Of a DNA stretch of 64,000 nucleotides, positions 49,761-63,600 are shown in pieces. Position numbers and translations under genes: made by a program. Source of the stretch: Mobula hypostoma (lineage: Eukaryota); assembly GCF_963921235.1 (NCBI RefSeq), contig NC_086097.1, positions 242,794,001-242,858,000 on the forward strand, written 5' to 3'. The notes under the pieces were generated by a model. That model did no database searches. It was not told where the DNA came from and worked only from the letters and a program-made list of their open reading frames with translations. How positions within the stretch are numbered: the first letter of the stretch is position 1; each line of letters begins with the position of its first letter.

Positions 49761-51392
49761 CTGCTTCCAAAGCCTGACACTCCATCAGGTTGAGTGAAGG
49801 TAGCCGACAAGTGCCCAGGAATGTATGCACGCTCCCCGTCGGTACATTAGAATGAGATGCACGTAATTTTTCATAATACTGACGGAATCTTTGATTAATG
49901 TCTTTGTGTGACATCAACGGAGCGCCCGAGTCTGATTTAATTTTATGAATGGCCTGATCACTTTCCAATTTGTGTAGCTGTCTTGCCAGCAATTTGTGCG
50001 GTCTATTACCAAATTCAAAGAAATTCTGTTTTGTAAACACAAAAGCTCTGCACATCCTTTCTGAGAGTATTTGGTTGTAATCTGTTGTATTTTTCTGCGG
50101 ATGGTTGTCGCGCATTCTCCACGTCTAGTTTACGTATTTGTTCTTCTACAAACGTTTGTAGTTCTATTTGTTCTGCTCTACTACGTTTCTTTAGGGAAGA
50201 CTGAAAAGAAATTATACATCCTCCAACATATGCTTTAAATGTTTCCCAAAGTAGTCCTGGGGTGTTTCTCTATTATCATTTGCCTCAAAAAAACAATAAA
50301 ATTTGCGATTCTAAATACTCACAAAATTTTGGGTTTGTTAGTAGCTGAGGATTAAACCTCCAACTTTGATGTATTTGCGTTGATTCACCCAGCTCCAGTG
50401 AAAAAAGTAACAGGGCTGTGGTCTGAGATGACAATATTATGATATCTTACGTTATCGATTTATGGCAGTATTTTGCCATCAAGGAGGAAATAGTCAATCC
50501 TAGTACATACATTATGAACTCTAGAGTGGAATGAATCCTCTCTCCCTGTTGGAATGAATAGTCTCCATATCTCACACAGATTCATATTGTCTATATATGT
50601 TTTCAGCAGGTTACTTGCCTTTGATGGTAATGCCCTCCGATTGGAAGATCTGTCTAAATATGGATCCAGAACAAAATTAAAATCCCCTCCAATAATCAGG
50701 TTAGTGCTGGAGACCTCTGGTATCAATCCTAGAACTTGTCTAAAAAATTCCAGGTCATCCCAGTTTGGTCCGTAAATATTCAGTAAGGTAACTGACATAG
50801 ATTGTACTTCCCTATAACTATAACATATCTTCCATCCTTGTCCACTATTGTTGTTAGGTGACGAAATGGAACGTTTCTGCAAATTATTATTGCCACACAC
50901 CTAGATTTCATTGGAAACTTTGAGGAATATATTTGGTCTATCCACTTGCCCCTAATTTTACAGTGAGCTTCCTTCTTCAAATGTGTTTCCTGCAAGAAGA
51001 TCACATCGGCCTGTAGCGATTTTAGGTGAGACCGCACTTTACCCCTTTTCACTGGCTCATTAATCCCATTTACATTCCAGGAACAAAAAGTAATGTAGTT
51101 TCTTATCCCCTGACCTCCTACCATCTCAGTATTTAACATCTGTATGATAATGTTTTTGATCTGTTCTGGACCTTGTAAATTTATTGGTCATTAGACATGA
51201 ATGGACCTGAAACAGCACTCCCTTACCCCTGTCCCTCCCTCCCTCCACAACCCCCATCACCCTTGAAAGCTTGAAATAACCAACAAAAAAAATCCATATC
51301 TCCATACACAAATATACCTAGTCAAAACTCTAGGAATAACTTCTTGATCTCTAACACTTCTCTGAACCAATTTAGTAGCTCCCGAGTTATAT

Positions 51393-51745
51393 AGAAACAT
51401 AGAAACATAGAAAATAGGTGCAGGTGTAGGCCATTCGGCCCTTCGAGCCTGCACCGCCATTTATTATGATCATGGCTGATCATCCAACTCAGAACCCAGC
51501 CTTCCCTCCATACCCCCTGACCCCTGTAGCCACAAGGGCCATATCTAACTTCCTTTTAAACATAGCTAATGAACTGGCCTCAACAGTTTGCTGTGGCAGA
51601 GAATTCCACAGATTCACCACTCTCTGTGTGAAGAAGTTTTTCCTAATCTCGGTCCTAAAAGGCTTCCCCTCTATCCTCAAACTGTGACCCCTCGTTCTGG
51701 ACCTCCCCAACATCGGGAACAATCTTCCCGCATCTAGCCTGTCCA
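51393..51745 (-). mobile_element. Young CR1 3' fragment in the L1 inter-ORF region
   Basis: Near-identical to 46310-46685 in the opposite orientation. Confidence 0.92.
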
Positions 51746-53717
51746 TAAAGCCAAATCTGACATCGGAATGAAAAAACCGAGAAAAACTAGCAGAGATTAT
51801 CGAGATGTTAACGTAAGTGTGATTCTCAAAGCTATAACTTACTCTAGCACTAGAAAGTCTAGCACCATTAACAACATACTCCTCATACAACACCAGACTC
51901 CTCATATAACACCAGTTTAGACCAACTTTTATCACTACCTGTGCACTCATAGGGCCTTAATCTGACATAGTACAATCCAAATATAACTCAAAGAGTCCTG
52001 TTTTCTACAGGGATTAGAGGCAGGGCCTCATTAATGTTCGAAATGTTCACAATCTCCTACCGCGGAGTTTTACTTGGGGCATCTTCATTCAGCAAGGGGT
52101 TTCTTCTCACTGTGCACAGTCACTTCTCAGCATTTCCCGAATGACGTTCTGCATACTGGTGAGCTTCTTCTGGATCTGTAAACACCGCCTCGGTTCCATT
52201 TATTGTCACTCGTAGCTTTGCGGGATAGAGGAGGCCAAACTTGACTCCGGGTCTATCCCGCGGCAACCTCCTGACCGGTGTGAAAGCCCCACGTCATTTA
52301 CCACTGTGGATGGAAGGTCTCTGAAGATCTGAATTCTTTGTCCTTGATATTGTAGATTCTTGGTACCTATTGCCTTCTGCATTATATCTGCAAATACATG
52401 GCAATAATGGATCCTCACGATCGGGTGTCGTGGCAGCTCGTTGTCCCCTGGCGCTTATAAAGATAAATCTTTTAATTGAATGAACTGTACAGTTTGTTAT
52501 TTTGTGGCACTCATCTGTAACAGGGTAGCGAATTACACATCATCCACACACACAGGTGGTTTGGGGTGCAGGGTACAGTCCTTGGCAGTAGCCCCTGCAT
52601 TGAAGTGACCATGGATAGCCCACCCCGGGGAGTGGTAAAAGAGATCGTGACAAAGTTGAGAACTGAGATGTCCTGGTTGTTATCAGTGGGTGTGCCCCCT
52701 CCCTGTATGATGGAGCTGATACGTAGATGGATTCTCTAAGGGGATGGTCTATGCAGAGGGCTGCTTGCAACTGGGGTCCTGTAACAAGGGGAGCGGCCGG
52801 TATTGCCTGTTGTAACTGTGGTGAAGTGCGGGTGATTGTCCATATGATGGTTATTCATCAGTGAGGCTGGAGTCTTCGGAGGCAGATATGGGAGTGGCAG
52901 ACATCCTTGATACATTAGCGCTGGTTTGTCCGGACCCCGTTGAAAAGGGCGGAGTTTCAATTCTTGTGGGGCCCAACATTCCTATTGTGAGGAGGTGAAA
53001 GGGAGCCTGGAAGGAGAGAGCTGGGGACAGCGTTCTGAAGATATTGTCCGTTCACCTGGTGTTTCAAGCTGCTTTTGAGGAGGTGCATGGCCGCACTGGG
53101 CCGGATAATGAGCTGAGACGAGGGACTGTGTGGTTCACCCAGTCCAAGCCAATCGTGTTACGGCCTGGGGAAGTAGCGAGGGTGATGGGAAACCCCAAAT
53201 TTCCCAGAATGCCTGAGGCTGAGGCCCTCTTGGTGGATGCCTGGGAAGACCACAAAGAGGAGCTGGGCGTACCTGCTGGGGTACTGGTGAGGCCCAAACT
53301 ACAGAAGCCCGCGGTTGTACAGGTTAACAGGATGGCAGTGATTGTCAGGAACACTACGAAGAGGGACGTCACCTTCATGCAGGGGATGCCCCTGGTGCAT
53401 CTCTTCCCAGTGATGGTAATGTCTAGTGTCCTTGTGAGACAAGCCAGGGAGAAACCCTCTTCGAAAGAGGGAAAGTTGACCACTGAGTCATTCAACTTCG
53501 GGGACTCCCCGGTACCTGCGGGTTGGAAGAGAAGGTTGATAGAGAAAATGTTGAAACTGGAAGATGTCTCTTCTACTGACAAGTTTGATGTGGGTTGTTC
53601 CAAGAGCACTCGCCAGGCTATCCCGGTGACCGAGGACAGCCTGTTCAGAGAGAGGTCACGGCGACTGGCCCCTGCAGAGGTGGAAGACGTTCAGCAGCAT
53701 TTGTGTGAGTTGAAGGA

Positions 53718-54099
53718 ACTCTCACGGTGGTGTCTGAAAAGAGGATGCTGTCTAAGTTGCATGCCATCTTGGACAATGTCTCCCATCCACTACATAATGT
53801 ACTGGTTGGGCACAGGAGTACATTCAGCCAGAGACTCATTCCACCGAGATGCAGCACAGAGCATCATAGGAAGTCATTCTTGCCTGTGGCCGTCAAACTT
53901 TACAACTCCTCCCTTGGAGGGTCAGACACCCTGAGCCGATAGGCTGATCCTGGACTTATTTCATAATTTACTGCCATAATTTACATATTACTATTTAACT
54001 ATTTATGGTTCTATTACTGTTTATTATTTGTGGTGCAACTGTAACAAAATCCAATTTCCCCTGGGATCAATAAAGTATGACTATGACTATGACTATGAC
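53718..54099 (+). mobile_element. Rex1-like LINE 3' fragment inside Gypsy pol
   Basis: ILDNVSHPLH...FSQRLIPPRCSTEHHRKSFLPVAVKLYN; AATAAA then (GACTAT)n; related 3' end at 35140-35397 with (TATC)n. Confidence 0.75.
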
Positions 54100-56750
54100 T
54101 AAGGAAGCTGGGATCATCAACAAGTCCCAAAGCCCCTATGCATCTCCAATAGTAGTGGCCAGGAAGAAGAATGGGAAAGTATGGATGTGTGTGGACTATA
54201 GGACTCTGAACAGTCCCCAACCAGTATATGGTCCTAAGAATTGAAGACACGCTGACCTGTCTGAGTGGTGCGAAGAGGTTCAGTGTGCTGGACTTGACGA
54301 GTGGATATTACCAGATCCTCAAGAGTGAGGCTGACAAAGAGAAGATGGCATTTATATGTCCAGTGGATTCTTCCAGTTTGAAAGGATGCCCCAGGGCATA
54401 TCTGGAGCGTCTGCAACTTTCCAGCGTGTCATGGAGAAAACAGTGGGGGATATGAACTTGCTTGAGGTATTGGTGTATCTGGATGACCTCGTAGTGTTCG
54501 AGTCCACCTTGGAGGAACATGAAGCGAGGCTACTGAAAGTGCTGGACCACCTGAAAGCTTAAGGGTTAAAACTCTCACTGGACAAGTGCCAGTTCTGCAA
54601 GACGTCTGTCAGCTATGTTGGGCACATATTCTCATGGGATGGAGTAGCTATAGATTTGTCTAAGATAGAGGCGGTGCCCACATGGCCAAGGCCCCAACTG
54701 TGAGCGCTCTGCGCTCATTCCTTGGGTTCTGTGGTTACTATTGGAGGTTCGTGAAGGACTTCGCGAAAGTGAGCCACCCTTTAAATCAGCTTCTGTGTGG
54801 TTACCCTTCCTTAGGAAAGAAAGGGAAGAGGACAAAAGGAGAGGAGGGTAAAGAGCATCTTAGCCGTTCGGAGCCTTTTGGACCGAGGTGGGTTGCGAAA
54901 TGTGAAGAGGCCTTTCAGTTGCTGAAGGAGCTGCTGACACAAGCACCTGTGCTGGCTTTTGCAGACCCCGATTGCCGTATGTACTGTATACGGATGCCAG
55001 CAGAGAGGGCTTAGGGGGTGTCCTGTATTAGGATCAGAGCACCGGGTTGAGACCTGTTGCGTTTGTCAGCCGGTGTCTGTCACCCTCTGAGAAAAACTAT
55101 CCCAAGCACAAGTGGAGTTCCTGGCATTGACATGGGCTGTGGTGGATAGGCTGAGCGACTTCCTCTATGGTGCCAAGCTTGAAGTGAGGAGGGACAACAA
55201 TCCCCTAACTTATATCCTGACATCAGCAAAATTGGATGTCATAGGCCATCGGTAGTTGGCAGTGTTGTCTGCCTATGACTTCAGTGTGAACTACTAGCTG
55301 GGAAGTAGGAACACTGATGCTGATGCTTAGTCCTGATGTGCGCAGGAAGGGCTGGACAGGGACAAAGAGTGGGAGAGCATTCCTGCCCTGGGAATGAAAG
55401 CCACGCGCCACTTTACCATCACGGTGAAGGCAGAGGGAAGGCAAGGGCCGGATCGAGCGGTAGATCAATTGGGAGCTTCTGATGACGCCATTACACAAGC
55501 TTACAGTAACCTGACTGCTCTGAAGACAAACCATTTGCAGGAATTGAGTACTGGGGAAGTGGCAGCTGCTCAGCGAGATGACCCGAGCATCGGTACCATT
55601 TAGCCAGCAGTTGAAATAGGAGACGTGGCCCAAGTGGAGAGGACGAAATACACTGTGGTTTCTCTACGACTGAGAGAATGGCCCAGGTTGGAGTTAAGGA
55701 ACCAGATCCTATACCAGGTCACATCACCTCTGGACCAGCCTCCACGTTCTTGGCTGGTTCTGCCTGAGAAGTATCAGAGGATTGTGTTGAGGTCACTTCA
55801 TGATGATTCTGGCCATTTGGGGGTTGACAAGACCTATGGATTGCTCAGAGATCGGTTCGACTGGCCCCCAGTTAAGCTGGAGGTCAAAAAGTACTGCAAG
55901 TCGTGCATTCGATGCATACAGAGGAAGACGTCGACTATGCTCCATTTTCCCACTTGTAGAGCGCAGGGCCCCTTGACCTGGTGTGTATGGATTTCCTGTC
56001 AATAGAGCCAGATGCCAGCAACATGGTGAATGTCTTAGTCATCGCGGATCACTACACCAGATATGTGCAAGCTTTCCTTACCGAGGATCAGAGGGTGTCC
56101 ACGGTGGCCAAAGTGTTTTGAGAGAAGTATTTCATTTATTATGGCCTCCACAGGTGGATACATAGTGATCAGGGACGGGATTTCGAGAGCAGGCTCGTCC
56201 ATGAGTTACTGAGCATACTTGAGTCGAGAAGTCGAGGACTATGCCTTATCATCTGGAAGGTGATCCCCAGCCTGAGAGGTTTAATTGGACCTTACTAGAC
56301 ATACTTGGAACATTGGAGATCAGCAAAAAGAACAAGTGGAGTCAACATATTGGACATCTGGTCCACTGCTACAACCGTAGCTGAAATGAAGCTACCGGGT
56401 ACTTGCCATATTATCTGATGTTTGGGCGCGAGGCGAAGTTGCCCATCGACCTTTATTTTGGGACTGGTGAGGAAGATCTACCACCAAAGTCTTATCTGAA
56501 GTATGAGTCTGATGTGAGAAGGGAGCTGAAAAGGGCTTATGAATTAGCTGTGGTCGCAGCTACCGAGCAGAATCAAGGAAATAAGAGGAGTTATGATCAG
56601 AAGATTAGCTTCTCCCAACTCAATCCGGGAGACCGAATCCTCATAAAGAATTTGGGGCTACCTGGGAAGCATAAGTTGTTCGACGGCTGGGTGGCTACGC
56701 CCTATGTGGTGGAGGATCAGATGCCAAACGTACTGTACCAGTTTTCTGGG

Positions 56751-57578
56751 TGTCACATGATCAGCAACAATGAATATATCAAGTCAGGATTTATAAATGA
56801 ACAAACATTTATTAAACCCTGATAAACAATGGAAAAAAAAGACGAAAACCTTAACCGGAAGTAAACTGCTATGCGGCCATTCAGTACACCGCTACTCAGT
56901 ACTAGTTCTTAAAGCGATAAATTCAAACACAGTTCTTCAAATGGTGAATTGTAAAGTCCAAGAGATTTATAGAGTCAATCAGGAGAGACTTTCATGAAGT
57001 AACGAATTCCTCGAAGACACGACGTCACTGCCACTCCCAGTCGGATCCTGCCTTGTCCACAGGATTCACGATGACGGAAATAAAACAGTTTTAAAGGCAC
57101 TGATCTTCCTCCGTAGAATAGATCCTGCACAGCCTTTTCTGCTTCCTTTTTAGCAGAGGCTATCTCATGCAGATCACCCTTTCTTGAATGAATTCAATAA
57201 CGGTCGATCCTTTCCAAACCCGTCGAACGTCTCCTTCAAGGTCCCGTCTTCACTCTCTAATGTTACTGAAAAGATACATTAACAAACCTGGCAGCAATTG
57301 TCAAACTGCTGGCTCAGACTTCTGTACCTTACATTAGAACATAAAACTCCATTTAAAATCAAAACTGCGTCATAATGCAAATAAGCAGCACTGGAGTATC
57401 TCATTGACGTTCTAACTGGAAAAATAACTGCGTCACCAGGCGTCTTCCCTTTTATACCCGTGGTGAACATGTCATCACGTGACCTCACATCGGTAGGAAA
57501 ATTACATTCGGTGACCTCCAAAAGACCATTACATCATTCTCACAAGAAAGTCACAAGATCTCCTTGAGGTATGTAACA
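56751..57578. mobile_element. Solo LTR (828 bp) inside the Gypsy integrase C-terminus
   Basis: TGTCAC...GTAACA termini, perfect 4-bp TSD TGGG; Gypsy reading frame ...PVF|WVKPEDG is restored on removal. Confidence 0.88.
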
Positions 57579-58224
57579 TGGGTGAAACCAGAGGATGGGA
57601 ATGGGCCTGTCAAGATTCTCCATCGGAACCACCTTCTGCCTCTGGGACAAGAGGTGTGCGTTGACTGAGCCTGACCTGGACCCTACACCTAGTAAGAGGA
57701 CTCTGCGGCAACGTAGAGACACTGAAGGACCACCAGCAGGAAAGATTAGACTGGCCTTGGAGATATGGACTTGGAGGATGAAGAAATGGGGGTGAGGTAT
57801 ATGCTGCCTTTTGCGAACTCCCCACTAATTGAGGAAAAGATTCCCAACACTTCTCATGCTGGGGCAGATGAAGTAAGGGGTCTATCTGTGGACAGGCTGG
57901 ATTTCAGTTGGACCGTGAAGGGGATGAAGCGGAGCTCAGTCAAGTGGCAGAAGGATCCATGTTGCAGGAGGGCACGAGTGATAGACCAGGGGAGGCCTCA
58001 CCGTGTAGACCAGACATATCCCAAGGAGTGTCTGAAACTGAAGTAGTAGATAATGGGGCAAGGAGGTCTCAAAGAATCAGGAGACCCCCAGGTAGGCTGA
58101 CCTCTGTAGCACCGGAGGAACAGAATGCTACGGCTATCCTCCCAGTGAGATATGTCACTACCCCTTTACAAGTGGATTACAGGTGACATCACAAAATTCC
58201 TTTGAAAGTGGTGGTATTAAGACA

Positions 58225-59045
58225 AGGTTATCTCAAGCAATAACGAGGTGGCCTACAGGGAAGAAGTCATCTCTCTGACACAGTTGTGTCAAGAAAACAA
58301 CCTCTCCCTCAATGTTGCAAAAACAAAGGAGCTGGTTGTGGACTACAGGAGAAATGGAGACAGGCTAACCCCAATTGACATCAATGGATCTGGGGTTGAG
58401 AGGGTAAGCAGCTTCAAGTTCCTCAGCATCCACATCACCGAGGACCTCACGTGGTCTGTACACACCAGCTGTGTGGTGAAAAAGGCACAACAGCGCCTCT
58501 TTCAGCTCAGACGGTTGAATACGTTTGATATGGGCCCCCAAATCCTAAGAACTTTCGACAGGGGCACAATTGAGAGCATCCTGACTGGCTGCATCACTGC
58601 CTGGTATGGGAAACGTACCTCCCTCAATCGCAGGACTCTGCAGAGAGTGGTGCGGACAGCCCAGCGCATCTGTAGTTGTAAACTTCCCACTATTCAGGAC
58701 ATTTACAAAGACAGGTGTGAAAAAAGGGCCTGTAGGATCATTGGGGACCCAAGTCATCCCAGCCACAATCTATTCCAGTTGCTGCCATCCGGGAAGCGGT
58801 ACCGCAGCATAAAAGCCAGGACTAACAGGCTCCGGGACAGCTTCTTCCATTAGACTATCAGACTGATGAACTCAAGCTGATTTGAGTGTACTCTATATTA
58901 CATTGACTGTTCTATTTATTATAAATTATTATAAATTACAATGATTGCACATGGCACATTTTGATGGAGACGTAACATGAAGATTTTTACTCCTCATGTA
59001 TGTGAAGGATGTAAGAAATAAAGTCAATTCAATGCAAATCCATTC
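58225..59045 (+). mobile_element. Rex1/Babar LINE 3' fragment with long intact ORF end
   Basis: ORF 58248-58853: NNLSLNVAKTKELVVDYRR...KKAQQRLFQLRRL...ESILTGCITAWYG...LLPSGKRYRSIKARTNRLRDSFF. Confidence 0.88.
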
Positions 59046-59363
59046 AATTATTTCAAGGTCATGAGGACATGACTATTTCAGAATTTCAGGACATGACCGG
59101 TGGGGGGAGAGCGGAATAACCTGTTTCATTTTTTTTACTGTTATGCTGTTCTGTACTCCATTTTGTACTGTTCAGTGCCAGTGGCTTGTTTTTAGCTTAT
59201 GTTTGGTTACTGTTGAAGATAAGCAATGGGGAGAAATGTGTGCCATCCAGTTAAGATGGTAGGATTGAAGGGGAGGTTTATCTGGTGAGGGTCATTAAGG
59301 TTGGGCTTGGGTTTTTTTTTGGGTTCGAGAGAGATGAAGAGAGAAGACACCAGAGAGAAGAGG

Positions 59364-61590
59364 TCATAGAAACATGGAAAACCTACAGCACAATCATCGT
59401 GGCTATCCCTCACGGTCGAGGATGATGGTCTTCGTTCTGTTGATCTACTTATGGGCTCTCAAGTGGCTTATGAGTCCAATCTTGGCTTTAAAAGTTCTTC
59501 TGCATTCAGGACAGGTAGTTCCAGATGGCAGATCGGGCTTTGGTTGTTGCTGCCTCTCTTTCCACTTTCTTCTCTTTTCTTCTAATTCTGCACATCTGTT
59601 GGCTTCAAAAGTTGCTGATTCTTCTCAGATGATGGCTTGCCAGAGTTTCCTGTCCTTGGCACTGATTCCCCAATTGTTGATGTCGATGTTACATTTCTTC
59701 ATGTTGGCTTTTAAGACGTCTTTGAATCTCTTCTGTTGTTCGCCTCCTTTATGTTTGCCTTCTTTAAGCTTGGAGTAGAAGATTTGTTTTGGCATACATT
59801 CGTCTTTCATCCGAACAACATGACCACTCCATCTTAGTTGGTTCTTGATGACAGCACAATACAGGCCCTTCAGCCCACAATGCTGTGCCGAACATGTACC
59901 TACTTTAGAAAATAACTAGGGTTACCCATAGCCCTCTATTTTTCTAAGCTCTGTGTACCTATCCAGGAATCCCTTAAAAGACCCTATCGTATCCGACTTC
60001 ACTACCGTTGCCGGCAGCCCATTCCATTCACTCACCACGCTCTGCATAAAAAACTTAATCCCTAACATCTCCTCTGTACCCACTTCCAAGCATCTTAAAG
60101 CTGTGCCCTCTCGTGTTAACCATTTCAGCCTGAGAAATAGCCTCTGACTATCCACATGATCAATGCCTCTCATCATCTTATACACCTCGATCAGGTCACC
60201 TCTCATCCTCCGCCACTCCAAGGAGAAAAGGCTGAGTTCACTCAACCTACTTTCGTAAGGCATGCTTCCTAATCCAAGCAACATCCTTATAAATCTCCTT
60301 TGCAAACTTTTTATAGTTTCTACATCCTTCCTGTAGTGAGGAGACCAGAACTGAGCACAGTACTCCAAGTAGAGCCTCACCAGGGTCCTACATAGTTGTA
60401 ACATTACCTCTCAGCTCTTAAACTCAATCCCATGGTTAATGAAGGCCAATACACCATATGCCTTCTTAACCACAGAGACAACCTGCGTAGCAGCTTTGAG
60501 TGTCCTATGGACTCGGATCCCAAGATCCCTCTGATCCTTCACACTGCCAAGAGTCTTACCATTAATACTATATTCTGCCATGATATTTGACCTACCAAAA
60601 TGAACCACCTCACACTTACCTGGGTTGAACTTCATCTGCCACTTCTCAGCCCAGTTTTGCATCCGATCGATGTCCTGCTGTAACCTTTGACAGCCCTCCA
60701 CACCATCCACAACACCCCAATTTGACAAAAGTTTGTCATCAGCAAATTTTACTAACCCATCCCTCCACTTCCTCATCCAGGTCATTTATAAAAATCACAA
60801 AGAGAAGAGGTCACAGAACAGATCCCTGAGGCACTCCACTGGTGACTGACCTCCATGCAGAATATGACCCGTCTACAACCACTCTTTGCCTTCTGTGGGC
60901 AAGCCAGTTCTGTATCCACAAAGCAATGTCCCCTTGGATCCCATGCCTCCTTACTTTCTCAATAAGCCTTGCATGGGGTACCTTATCAAATGCCTCGCTG
61001 AAATCCATATACACTACATCTACTGCTCTTCCTTCATCAATGTGTTTAGTCACATCCTCAAAAAATTCAATCAGGCTTGTAAGGCAGGACCTGCATTTGA
61101 CAAAGCCATGCTGACTACTCCTAATCATATTATGCCTCTCTAAATGTTCATAAATCCTGCCTCTCAGGATCTTTTCCATCAACTTACCAACCACTGAAGT
61201 AAGGCTCATTGGTCTATAATTTCCTGGGCTATCTCTACTCCCTTTATTGAAGAAGAGAACAACATCTACAACCCTCCAATCCTCTGGAACCTCTCCCGTC
61301 CCCATTGATGATGCAAAGATCATCGCCAGAGGCTCAGCAACCTCCTCCCTTGCCTCCTACAGTAGCCTGGGGTACATCTCATCCTGTCCCGGACTTGACT
61401 TTTCCAAAAGCTCCAGCACATCCTCTTTATCTATATGCTCAAGCTTTTCAGTCTGCTGTAAGTCATCCCTACAATCTCCAAGATCCTTTTCTGTAGTGAA
61501 TACTGAAGCAAAGTATTCATTAAGTACCTCTGCTATCTCCTCTGGTTCCATACACACTTTTCCACTGTCACACTTGATTGGTCCTATTCT
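59364..61590 (-). mobile_element. CR1 LINE (RT to 3' end) inserted in the Gypsy 3' LTR
   Basis: PGNYRPMSLTS, YMDFSEAFDKV, SGVPQGSVL, KFADD, LEYCAQFWSPHYRKD. Confidence 0.92.
59393..59850 (-). mobile_element. RTE-clade LINE 3' fragment inside the CR1 3' UTR
   Basis: LRWSGHVVRMKDECMPKQIFYSKLKEGKHKGGEQQKRFKDVLK; CAGCACAAT repeated at both junctions. Confidence 0.8.
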
Positions 61591-62257
61591 CTTCAGAGGA
61601 TTTGACCTGGAGCGGGACCATGATCCAACTTGTTCATATTAGACTGTTTCATTAAAATGGGCTCTTTTCTTTACTAACCCTTTAGTCAAATTAATAATTA
61701 TAAAGATCTTTTAATTGTGTGCAGGGTATTGCCAGTTATTTCATGACACTCATTTGTAACAGAGCAGCGAATTACACCGCGTCCACACAAACAGGGGGTT
61801 TGGTGTGGGAGAACCCCTCAATCTCACAAGTTTGGACATTGCCTTCCCTAGACTTATGCAGCCGAGGAAACAAGGGTGTTTCATGTAGATGTGCTCAATG
61901 GTGAGGAGGGCTTTACCTTTGTTGGACTAGACTGCATACAATACCTTTTGCAGGATTTTTCATTTGAGAGCATTAGTTTTTCTATACCAGGCCCTGATGC
62001 AATCAGTCAATATACTCTCCAGTACAGACATAATCAGTGACCAGAGAGTGACACAACCTGTGAACAGTGGGACAATAACCTACAGGAGGTCCACAGCGGT
62101 TTGAAGTTTCAGAACAAATAACACAACACAGTCCTTAAGCTCACTGAGTGTAAATATCATCTGTTCCTCGGCCCAACGTTATCAGATTTGTATAGGCAGC
62201 TCTCTAAAATGTCAGTATTCTGATACTAAATCTCAATCTTCTGGAAAATATTTTATT

Positions 62258-63600
62258 AGACTGTAAAAACATAAGATATAGAAGCATTCTTAGGCCATTT
62301 GGCTCATCGAGTCTGTTTCCACCATTTCATCATGGCTGGTCTAATTTTCCTTTCAGCCCCAGTCTCCTGCCTTCTCCCCGTATCCCTTCATGGCCTGATC
62401 AATCAAGAATCTATCAACATCCATCTTAAATATACATGAAGACTTGGCCTCCAGAGTTGCCTGTGACAAAGAATTCCATAGATTCACCAATTATTGGCAA
62501 AAGAAATTCCTCCTCATCTCCATTCGAAAAGGACACCCCTCAATTCTGAGGCTGTGTCCTCTGGTCTTAGACTATCCCACCATAGGGAATATATTCTCTA
62601 CATCCACTCTATCAAGACCTTTCACCATTCGATAAGTTTCAATGATGTTACCCCTCATTCTTCTGAATTCTAGTGAATACCGGCCCAGAGCCATCAAATA
62701 CTCTTCATATGACAAGCCATTCAATCCTGGAATCATGTTTGTGAACCTCATTTGAACCGTCTCCACTTTCAGCCATCCTTTCCAAGGTAAGAGGCCTAAA
62801 ACTGCTCATAATACTCCAAGCCAGGCTTTGCTAGTGCTGAATAAAGTCTCAACATTACACCCTTGCTTTTATATTCTAGTCCTCTTGAAATGAATGCTAA
62901 CGTTGCATATGATTTCCTCACTACAGACTCAACCTGCAAATTAACCTTTAGGGAATCCTGCACAAGGACTCCCAAGTCCCTTTGCATCTCAGTATTTTTG
63001 CGTTTTCTCTTCCTTTCATTTCTTCTACCAAAGTGAAGGAACATTCACTTCCTGACACTATACCACCTGCCACTTCGTTGCCCATTCTCCTTATCTGTCT
63101 ATGTCCTTCTGTAGTCACTCTACCTCCTCAAAACTACCTGCCCCTTCACCTGTCTTCAAAGCCATCAATTCCATCATCCAAATAATTTTTGTCTAACATA
63201 AAAAGAAGTGATCAGAACACAGACCTCTGCGGAACATCACAAGTCACTGGCAGCCAACCAGAAAAGGCTCCCTTTATTCCCACTCTTTGCCTTCTGCCAA
63301 ACAGCCTCTGCTTTATCCAGGCTAGAATCCTTCCTGTAATACTACGGACTCGTAGCTTGTTAAGCAGCCTCATGTGTGACACCTTGTCAAAGGCCTTCTG
63401 AAAATCTAAGTACAAAACATCAAGTGATTCTCTTTTGTCTATCCTGCTTGTTACTTCATCAAAGAATTCCAACAGATTTGTCAGATTTTCCTTTGAGGAA
63501 ACCGTGCTGACTGTGGACTTCTTGTTCATGTGCCTCCAAGTACCCAGAGATCTCATCCTTAATAATCTTCCCAACCACTGAGTTCAGACTAACTGGCCTA
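62258..63600 (-). mobile_element. Degenerate CR1 RT to 3' end
   Basis: LTNLLEFFDEVT, YLDFQKAFDKVSH, QRDLGVLVQDSLKVNLQV. Confidence 0.88.

Larger units (their letters stand above)
45710..52456 (-). mobile_element. 5'-truncated L1-clade LINE (ORF1 C-terminus plus ORF2) inserted in the Gypsy 5' LTR
   Basis: ORF1 LQYQGQRIQIFRDL; EN SWNVNGI...FLQETHL...IIGGDFN...RIDYFL; RT YRPISLLNLD, LDAEKTFD, GTRQGCALSPLLF, LYVDD; ~21-bp TSD ATAAAGATAAATCTTTTAATT at 45689 and 52457. Confidence 0.92.
45255..61883 (+). mobile_element. Degenerate Ty3/Gypsy element with nested insertions
   Basis: Related LTR segments at 45255-45709 plus 52457-52600 and ~59112-59363 plus ~61595-61883; PPT TGGGGGGAGAG at ~59101; RT (CVDYRTLN, FSVLDLTSGYYQ, YLDD), RNase H, integrase (LHDDSGHLG...CKSC, DHYTRY, HSDQGRDFES); flanks TATA/TGTA. 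Confidence 0.85.

Noticed and set aside
58248..58853. Host gene with an ALKBH8-N-like domain
   Set aside because: This region is the C-terminus of a Rex1/Babar RT; several related copies with LINE tails occur in the window
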